A DNA stretch of 32,000 bases, taken from NCBI GenBank assembly GCA_026002795.1, contig BPGA01000001.1, positions 240,001-272,000 of the forward strand, read 5' to 3'. The notes beneath the pieces were generated by a model. That model did not search any database. It was not told the DNA's origin and worked only from the letters and a program-made list of their open reading frames with translations. The stretch is from Candidatus Saccharimonadota bacterium. Lineage in GTDB: Archaea; Nanobdellota; Nanobdellia; Pacearchaeales; GW2011-AR1. Each line of letters opens with the position of its first letter. The stretch's first letter is position 1. Below, piece after piece: positions 26,013 through 32,000 of the stretch. The position numbers were made by a program, and so were the translations under genes.

Positions 26013-27113
26013 ATGAAAAAGATAAGAGTTTATCTTAAAAGACCATGGATATTTGTGGACTCTCCTTACTACGATTATTTAACAAAAAATATTTCTAATA
26101 AAATAGAATATATAAATATAAAGAAATCTCAAGGAATCATTGAAAATATTAATAAATTTAAATTATTAAATAAATTAAAAAGAATGATAAAATTAACTAT
26201 AAGAAATTTTTTTCCTTTCTTACCAAATGCTCATTTTACGCTAACAAAAAAAAAATACGACTTGATTCATTGTGCCCATTGTTTAAGTTTAAATAAAAAA
26301 CCGTGGGTTGTTGATATAGAATATGTTAATCAGTTTTGGGCTGGAGGGATTCAAAAAAAACAAAAAAAATTTATTTTAAAATTATTAAAAAGTAATTATT
26401 GTAAAAAAATTCTTGCCTGGACAGAATGGACAAAAAAAGAAATTTTAAGAGAGTTTCCAGAAATTAAAAATAAAATAGAGGTTGTATATCCTGCAATTTC
26501 AAAACAAAAATTTAAAAAGAAAAAAAAGAAAAAAATAACTCTATTATTTGTTTCAAGAAGATTTTATTTTAAAGGTGGATTGCATGCGTTAGAAGTTATA
26601 GATAGATTAACTAAAAAATATAAAAATGTAAATGCGTTTTTTATATCCGATATTCCTATAGATATAAAAAAAGAATATTCTAAAAATAAAAAAATTAGAT
26701 TTATAAAATTTATATCAAAAAAAAAATTATTCACTAACATACTCCCCCAAACAGATATTCTTATTTATCCTTCTTACACCGATACTTTCGGTTTTGTTAT
26801 GTTAGAGGCACTTTCTTTTGGTATACCTATTGTTACTGTTGGTGGACAATCTAGAAGAGAAATAGTAAATAATAAAAAAACGGGATTTATAATTAAAGAA
26901 CCAAAAAATTTAAATTTAAAAGATTTAGAAAATTTGAATTCTTTTAAAGAAACTATAAATGAAATAGAAAAAAAAACAGAGGTGTTAATTAAAAATAAAA
27001 AACTTAGAGAAAAAATGTCAAAAAATTGCATAGAAATTATTAAAAACGGAAAATTTTCTATAAAAGAGAGAAATAAAAAACTTGAAAAAATTTATTTTGA
27101 AGCTTTAAAATAA
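26013..27113 (+). CDS. GT-B glycosyltransferase, family 4-like (Glycos_transf_1)
   Basis: C-terminal YPSYTDTFGFVMLEALSFGIPIVT...GFII (EX7E region). Confidence 0.85.
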   Translation: MKKIRVYLKRPWIFVDSPYYDYLTKNISNKIEYINIKKSQGIIENINKFKLLNKLKRMIKLTIRNFFPFLPNAHFTLTKKKYDLIHCAHCLSLNKKPWVVDIEYVNQFWAGGIQKKQKKFILKLLKSNYCKKILAWTEWTKKEILREFPEIKNKIEVVYPAISKQKFKKKKKKKITLLFVSRRFYFKGGLHALEVIDRLTKKYKNVNAFFISDIPIDIKKEYSKNKKIRFIKFISKKKLFTNILPQTDILIYPSYTDTFGFVMLEALSFGIPIVTVGGQSRREIVNNKKTGFIIKEPKNLNLKDLENLNSFKETINEIEKKTEVLIKNKKLREKMSKNCIEIIKNGKFSIKERNKKLEKIYFEALK

Positions 27114-27117
27114 TAAA

Positions 27118-28002
27118 ATGATAATCGTTGAAATTGGAAGGGGTTTGGGAAATTCAATGTATGTATATGCTGCTGGAAAGGCTTTGGCTGAGCACCACAA
27201 CACTGAATTGAAATTAGATCTTTCTCATATAAAATCTTGGCCAAAAATCGAAAAATTTGGAGGAGAGTGGGAATTTGAGTTAGGGAAATTTAATATTTCG
27301 GCTAAAGAAGCTACAAATAAAGAATTAAGAAAATTTGTTATTAAAACAAAATTTAGGCCTTTAGATAAATTAATAAGAAAATATAAATTATTTGAAAGAA
27401 GGGTTTATTATTTTCCAACATCTGGAAAGGTTAAAGATTTTTTTAAATTACCAAATAATATTTATTTATGGGGTTATTTCGGACATGAAAAATTTTTTAA
27501 ACCTATAAAAAAAATAATTCGGGAGGAGTTTACATTAAAAGAAAAATATAAAGAAAAAATAAATCCCTTACTTAATAAAATTTCAAAAGAGAATTCTGTA
27601 GGGATTCACGTAAGAAGGGGAGATCTGCTAAAAATAGGTGCTTTGGTTTTGCCTTTAGATTATTATAAAAAAGCAATATCAATAATAAAAAAGAAAACAA
27701 AAAAACCTATTTTTTATATTTTTTCTGATGATTTAGAATGGTGTAAAAAAAATTTTATAAGTTTGGGGGAAAAATTTAATTTTATTCGGGGAACAAAAAG
27801 TTGGGAAGATTTTGAATTAATGAGAAATTGTAAGCACAATATTCTTGCAAATAGTGCATTAAGCTGGTGGGCTGGGTATCTAAATAAAAACCCTAAAAAA
27901 ATTGTAATTTCCCCTTATCCTTTTACGCAGTGGATATCAAATGATTATTTTGATAATGTTCCTAAAGGTTGGAAGAAAATAAAAGTTATTAAAAATGAAT
28001 AA
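27118..28002 (+). CDS. GT11 alpha-1,2-fucosyltransferase-family glycosyltransferase
   Basis: GIHVRRGD, IFSDDLEWCKKNF and NSALSWWAGYLN correspond to the three conserved GT11 motifs. Confidence 0.85.
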   Translation: MIIVEIGRGLGNSMYVYAAGKALAEHHNTELKLDLSHIKSWPKIEKFGGEWEFELGKFNISAKEATNKELRKFVIKTKFRPLDKLIRKYKLFERRVYYFPTSGKVKDFFKLPNNIYLWGYFGHEKFFKPIKKIIREEFTLKEKYKEKINPLLNKISKENSVGIHVRRGDLLKIGALVLPLDYYKKAISIIKKKTKKPIFYIFSDDLEWCKKNFISLGEKFNFIRGTKSWEDFELMRNCKHNILANSALSWWAGYLNKNPKKIVISPYPFTQWISNDYFDNVPKGWKKIKVIKNE

Positions 28003-28711
28003 GATAATACTTTCTGAAAAAGAGAATATAAAAAAAATATTGAAAGAAAATAAAAGAATTATTTTTAATTTTTTTAATTCTCATGATCTTTATTTTTTTA
28101 GTAAATATCCTTTATTTAGGAAAGTTATTTCTTTTAATAGTATAAATTTTACTGATGGGTCAGTTATTTCTTTTTATTTATCATTAAAAAACTTAAAAAA
28201 AGTGAGAAGGTTTTCTGGACCAGATTTTATTAAAGATTTTTTTGAAAAAAAAGAAATTGTTAGCAAAAAAAGGCATTTTTTTGTAGGGTTTGAAGAAAAA
28301 GATATTGAAAAATTGATTAAAAAATTTCCTTATTTGGATAAAAAAAATCTTTTTTGTTATAATCCAGCATATATAAAAAAAATTAAATTTTCTGAAAAAG
28401 AAATAAATAAAATTGCAAAAATAATAAATTCTAAAAAAACAAATATCGTTTGGGTTGGATTAGGTTGTCCCAAACAATATTTTCTTACTTATGATTTATT
28501 TAAAAAAACAAAAGTAAAATACTTTTTCAACGTTGGAGCAGGACTTGATTTTTTATTAGGTAAGAAAAAAAGAGCTCCAAAAATAATAAGAAGTTTAGGG
28601 ATAGAGTGGCTTTACAGGCTTATTACAGATTTTAAACACTCAAAGAAAAAGGTTTGGAGAAGTTTTGTTTCTCTTCAATATTTAAATAAAGTTCAATTAA
28701 AAAATAAATGA
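27995..28711 (+). CDS. WecG/TagA/CpsF-family glycosyltransferase (GT26)
   Basis: VGLGCPKQYF, NVGAGLDFLLGKKKRAPKIIRSLGIEWLYRLITDFK are GT26 hallmarks. Confidence 0.88.
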   Translation: MNKIILSEKENIKKILKENKRIIFNFFNSHDLYFFSKYPLFRKVISFNSINFTDGSVISFYLSLKNLKKVRRFSGPDFIKDFFEKKEIVSKKRHFFVGFEEKDIEKLIKKFPYLDKKNLFCYNPAYIKKIKFSEKEINKIAKIINSKKTNIVWVGLGCPKQYFLTYDLFKKTKVKYFFNVGAGLDFLLGKKKRAPKIIRSLGIEWLYRLITDFKHSKKKVWRSFVSLQYLNKVQLKNK

Positions 28712-29826
28712 AAAAGCTAAAAATTTTATTTATAGGAAGATTCCCCCCTCCAGTTCATGGAGCTTCTTTGGTTAATGAAAGTTATTTTAAAAGTAAAATA
28801 ATAAATCAAAAATTTCAAACAGACAAAGTAAATCTTAGTTATTCAAAAAATTTAGAAGAAATCGGAAAATTCAATTTGCGTAAATTTTTTAGTATTCCTA
28901 TAACAAAATTAAAAATTTTAAAAAAAATTATTTTCTTTAAACCAGATTTAATATATTTTGAAATTGCGCCGGTTGGTTTTGCTTTTTTAAGGGACAGTAT
29001 TTATGTTTTAATACTTAAATTATTCAGAAAAAGAATAATTTTTCAAATACATGCAAGAGGAATAAATAAGGTGGTTAAAAATAAATTATTAAAAGAGTAT
29101 TATAAATTTGTTTTTAAAAATACAAAAATGATTCTTCTTTCAAAAATACTTTATGGTGAAATAAAAAAAATTATTCCAAAAGAAAATGTCTATATCCTTC
29201 CTAATGGAATAAAAGATGAATTAAATGAAAAAAAATTTGATGTAATTATATCTAAAAGAAATAAAAACAAAAAACCTATCTTACTTTTTTTATCAAATAT
29301 GATTGAAGAAAAGGGTGCTTTAGATGTATTAAAAATATGCAATGAATTAAAAAAAAGAAGAATAAACTTTGAATGTTTGTTTGTTGGATCCTGGCAAAAC
29401 AAATTATTCGAAAAAAAATGGAAATATTTTCTGAAAAAATATGAACTTGAAAAAAAATGTAAATATCTTGGTCCAAAATATGGAAAAGAAAAAGAAAAAA
29501 TTCTTAAAAAAACAAGTTTTCTTATTTTCCCCACAACTTATAAAAATGAATCTTTTCCTTTAGTTATATTGGAAGCGTTTATGTTCGGTATTCCTGTTTT
29601 ATCTTATAATAATGGTGCTATAAAGGAGATAATTTCAAAAGATTATTTAGGAAAAGTAGTTAAAAAAGAACACTGGGAACAACTAACAGAGGAACTCGAA
29701 AAAAGATTAAAAAAACTTCCGACCAAAGGTAGTATGAAAAAAATAAGGCAGCATTTTAAAAGACATTATACCTTAGAAATAGCCGAAAAAAATTTATTAA
29801 GAATTTTTGAAAATGAATTAAAATGA
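28708..29826 (+). CDS. GT-B glycosyltransferase, family 4-like
   Basis: FPTTYKNESFPLVILEAFMFGIPVLSYNNGAIKEII (EX7E region). ATGA overlap with the GT26 gene. Confidence 0.85.
   Translation: MKKLKILFIGRFPPPVHGASLVNESYFKSKIINQKFQTDKVNLSYSKNLEEIGKFNLRKFFSIPITKLKILKKIIFFKPDLIYFEIAPVGFAFLRDSIYVLILKLFRKRIIFQIHARGINKVVKNKLLKEYYKFVFKNTKMILLSKILYGEIKKIIPKENVYILPNGIKDELNEKKFDVIISKRNKNKKPILLFLSNMIEEKGALDVLKICNELKKRRINFECLFVGSWQNKLFEKKWKYFLKKYELEKKCKYLGPKYGKEKEKILKKTSFLIFPTTYKNESFPLVILEAFMFGIPVLSYNNGAIKEIISKDYLGKVVKKEHWEQLTEELEKRLKKLPTKGSMKKIRQHFKRHYTLEIAEKNLLRIFENELK
28743..28748. repeat. C6 tract near the 5' end of the GT4 gene (codes FPPP)
   Basis: Read directly: ttCCCCCCtcc. Confidence 0.95.
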
Positions 29827-30635
29827 CTAATAAGACAGATTTAAGAGATTATTTTTCAGGCAAAAAACTCTATGGAGATGATTTTAATCTTAGGCAAATA
29901 AAAGAATGGTATAAAGATGAAAAGGAAGGTTATTCTAATTTAATTTTAAATAAACCATATAAATATGAATTTCATGAACTAAACAAAATTCATGGCTACA
30001 ATAGACTGAATAAAATAAAGAATATAAAATTCGACAAAATTTTAAGTTTCGGTGGATCAAAAGGAGATGAACTATTGCCTATAATAAATAAAATAAATGA
30101 AATTTATATAATTGAACCCTCTAAAGAATTAAGAGTTAAAAAAATTAAAGGCAAACAAGTTAGGTATATAAGTCCAAAACCATCTGGTAAAATTCCTTTT
30201 AAAAATAATTATTTCGACTTGATAACTTGCTTTGGAACCTTACATCATGTTCCCAATGTCAGTTATGTTTTTAAAGAGTTAGTAAGGGTTTTAAAAAAGG
30301 GGGGGTTTTTACTAATTAGGGAACCTATTGTTTCGATGGGAGACTGGAGAAAACCGAGAAGTGGTTTAACAAAAAGAGAAAGGGGAATTCCATTAAACAT
30401 ATTAAGAAAGATAGTTGAACAAAATAATTTGAAAATAATTTCAGAAAGATTAGTTCTTTTTCCTTTATTAAGAAGGATAAGTTTTGGAAATTATAAGGGG
30501 GGAAATTCTAAATTTTGGGTTACAATTGATTATTTATTAAGCAAAATTTTTTCATGGAATAGAAGATATCACGCAACAAATTTTTTTCATAAAATTAGAC
30601 CTCAATCTGTTTTTTTAGTTTTGAGAAAAGATTAA
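29823..30635 (+). CDS. class I SAM-dependent methyltransferase
   Basis: ILSFGGSKGDE (motif I-like) and FDLITCFGTLHHVPN...VLKKGGFLLIREP. ATGA overlap with the upstream GT. Confidence 0.75.
   Translation: MTNKTDLRDYFSGKKLYGDDFNLRQIKEWYKDEKEGYSNLILNKPYKYEFHELNKIHGYNRLNKIKNIKFDKILSFGGSKGDELLPIINKINEIYIIEPSKELRVKKIKGKQVRYISPKPSGKIPFKNNYFDLITCFGTLHHVPNVSYVFKELVRVLKKGGFLLIREPIVSMGDWRKPRSGLTKRERGIPLNILRKIVEQNNLKIISERLVLFPLLRRISFGNYKGGNSKFWVTIDYLLSKIFSWNRRYHATNFFHKIRPQSVFLVLRKD
30299..30305. repeat. G7 tract (flanked by A6 and T5) inside the 29823 methyltransferase gene (codes KGG)
   Basis: Read directly: aaaaaaGGGGGGGttttt. Confidence 0.95.
30497..30502. repeat. G6 tract inside the 29823 methyltransferase gene (codes KGG)
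   Basis: Read directly: taaGGGGGGaaa. Confidence 0.95.
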
Positions 30636-30637
30636 TT

Positions 30638-31180
30638 TTACTTAACAACTTCTAAATAAAATCTAAGTTCTCTTGCGGGAAAAATCCAGGCAAAAAAAGC
30701 CTCATAGAGGTCAGTATAATTATTAGCAAACCATTCTATACCCAATAATCTATGTAACCTTCCAAAAACTAATCGTTTTTTTACTTTAAAAAAAATTTTT
30801 TCCTTATAATTATGCAAAGTTTTATTCATTCGATTATTTGGATTATTTAATAAATTATAATCATAATGATTTAAACTCCAACAGGAGAAAGGTCTCCTAT
30901 GCGTCAAGTCGCCCCAAGCTAATGGACTAGAAAAATGAGGGACTCTTATTTCTACTTTAGCCCCCCCCTTACAAATTCTCCATAATTCCCTAATAACCTT
31001 ATCTGGATCATCTAAATGCTCAAGAATATGAAACATTCTTACCTCATCTACGCTATTAGTTTTAAAGGGGTATGGAAATTTATTTAAATCAAACACTTTA
31101 TTAACGCCTTTAGTTTTTATAATATCGCAATTAATCCACCCTTCCAATACATCCTTTCCGCAACCCAAATTTAATTTCAT
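30638..31180 (-). CDS. class I SAM-dependent methyltransferase (inverted paralog of 22203..22733)
   Basis: MKLNLGCG...GWINCD...FHILEHL...FFAWIFPARELRFYLEVVK parallels the 22203 gene along its whole length. Confidence 0.72.
   Translation of the reverse strand: MKLNLGCGKDVLEGWINCDIIKTKGVNKVFDLNKFPYPFKTNSVDEVRMFHILEHLDDPDKVIRELWRICKGGAKVEIRVPHFSSPLAWGDLTHRRPFSCWSLNHYDYNLLNNPNNRMNKTLHNYKEKIFFKVKKRLVFGRLHRLLGIEWFANNYTDLYEAFFAWIFPARELRFYLEVVK
30961..30968. repeat. C8 (G8 on the coding strand) tract inside the minus-strand methyltransferase gene (codes KGG)
   Basis: Read directly: tagCCCCCCCCtta. Confidence 0.95.
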
Positions 31181-31225
31181 TTCATTAATTCTAATAAAAT
31201 ATTTTATTTAAAATTTTACATATTT

Positions 31226-32000
31226 TTATCTCAAGAATAGACGCTTTTTTATCCTGTTTTTTAAAAGCCATTTAATATATCTTTCATCAGCTTTTCTGTC
31301 TCTTATAACAAAAGGGGGGTGTTTTAAAGGAAAGTCTATTTTTTCTGTAGGAAGTGATAAAAAATAATCAAATTTCGTGTTTGTGGCATTTTCAGAAAAA
31401 CCTATCCCTCGCACAAGATTTTTATTTGGAACTATACACAACCCGTTATTTTTAACAATAGAGAAAAACCACTTAGTATCTATGGCGTTAGAATTTTTAT
31501 AATAAGCATTGTCCATAATTCTCTTAATATAAATTCTTTCCAAAATACCGGGAAATAAAACTTTAATCTTTTTTCTAAATTCCAAATACTCCTTCATATT
31601 ATCATAATATTTTTTCCTCTTTTTAGCCCACATTGCCCACCCATAAGTATGTGGAAAAATTGAAAAATAATAGGAATAATTTTTTGATTTTTTTGAAGTC
31701 CATCCTCTTTGGAAATTGCACCCATTTATATGCATAATTCTATCGTCATCCCTATATCTCTCCAATAATTCTGAGCAAAATCTAAAAAAATCCTGATTTG
31801 GAAGTCCATCATCTTCTAGGATTATTCCCTCGGGAACGTGTTTGAAAAACCATTTGATTGCTCCCAAGACCCCTCCAATAAATCCTCCGTTTTTTTTAAG
31901 GAATCTTTTTTTTACTTTACATGGCCAATCCACTTTAGAAATTATTTTTCGAACTTCTTCCACTTTTTTCCTCTCTAATTCATTTTTTGGGCCATCTGAA
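31226..32000 (-). CDS. GT-A-fold glycosyltransferase-like protein, N-terminus outside the window
   Basis: GIILEDDGLPNQDFFRFCSELLERYRDDDRIMHINGCN resembles the DXD-region block of a GT-A/GT2-like family. The ORF-track start is a GTG, and the frame stays open to position 32000. Confidence 0.55.
   Translation of the reverse strand, partial: SDGPKNELERKKVEEVRKIISKVDWPCKVKKRFLKKNGGFIGGVLGAIKWFFKHVPEGIILEDDGLPNQDFFRFCSELLERYRDDDRIMHINGCNFQRGWTSKKSKNYSYYFSIFPHTYGWAMWAKKRKKYYDNMKEYLEFRKKIKVLFPGILERIYIKRIMDNAYYKNSNAIDTKWFFSIVKNNGLCIVPNKNLVRGIGFSENATNTKFDYFLSLPTEKIDFPLKHPPFVIRDRKADERYIKWLLKNRIKKRLFLR
31314..31319. repeat. G6 (C6 on the coding strand) tract inside the GT-A-like gene (codes HPP)
   Basis: Read directly: aaaGGGGGGtgt. 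Confidence 0.95.

Noticed and set aside
22194-32000. The accessory sugar module as an integrated mobile or genomic island.
   Set aside because: No integrase, transposase, tRNA attachment site or flanking direct repeats are visible. Only indirect hints exist: the gap, the G/C tracts and the bacterial-type GT families. It is therefore reported as a hypothesis and not as a mobile_element feature.
1-32000. Search for rRNA, tRNA, CRISPR arrays and other GC-rich structured RNA islands.
   Set aside because: I noticed no locally GC-rich stretch with tRNA- or rRNA-like conserved boxes and no regularly spaced direct repeats. All intergenic spacers except 21523-22202 are too short to hold such genes.

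Overview
Visibly AT-rich, very gene-dense archaeal sequence. The gene content and r-protein set are archaeal, and the compactness and missing housekeeping genes suggest a reduced DPANN-like genome (inference only). I saw no rRNA, tRNA, CRISPR array, transposase or integrase.

(1) 0.6-13.8 kb is one uninterrupted S10-spc-secY ribosomal superoperon on the + strand: uL3, uL4, uL23, uL2, uS19, uL22, uS3, uL29, aIF1/SUI1, uS17, uL14, uL24, eS4, uL5, uS14, uS8, uL6, eL32, eL19, uL18, uS5, uL30, [MazG-like], uL15, SecY. Many stop/start codons overlap. Oddities in this block:
- a MazG-type NTP pyrophosphohydrolase sits between uL30 and uL15 with 1-nt spacers;
- there is no RNase P Rpp29 gene between uL29 and uS17;
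- there is no adk/cmk after secY;
- uS5 and uL22 carry long acidic/lysine-rich N-terminal extensions.

(2) 13.9-16.5 kb holds a DUF106/YidC-Oxa1-like insertase, prefoldin alpha, an eIF-2B-family protein (minus strand) and a SpoIIM-like membrane protein. TATA boxes sit about 26 nt upstream of the ATGs, which fits leaderless mRNAs.

(3) 16.5-32 kb is a protein/surface-glycosylation locus:
- an AglH-type GlcNAc-1-P transferase;
- an AglB/STT3 oligosaccharyltransferase whose reading frame is broken in its EL5 region;
- a clear GDP-mannose 3,5-epimerase;
- an anomalous ~670-bp non-coding gap;
- a tightly packed module of 4 SAM methyltransferases (two are inverted paralogs flanking the module), GDP-mannose 4,6-dehydratase, a DegT-type aminotransferase, a small cupin, two GT4, one GT11, one GT26 and a partial GT-A enzyme.

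The module carries seven in-frame C6-C8/G6-G8 tracts that I did not see elsewhere in the window.
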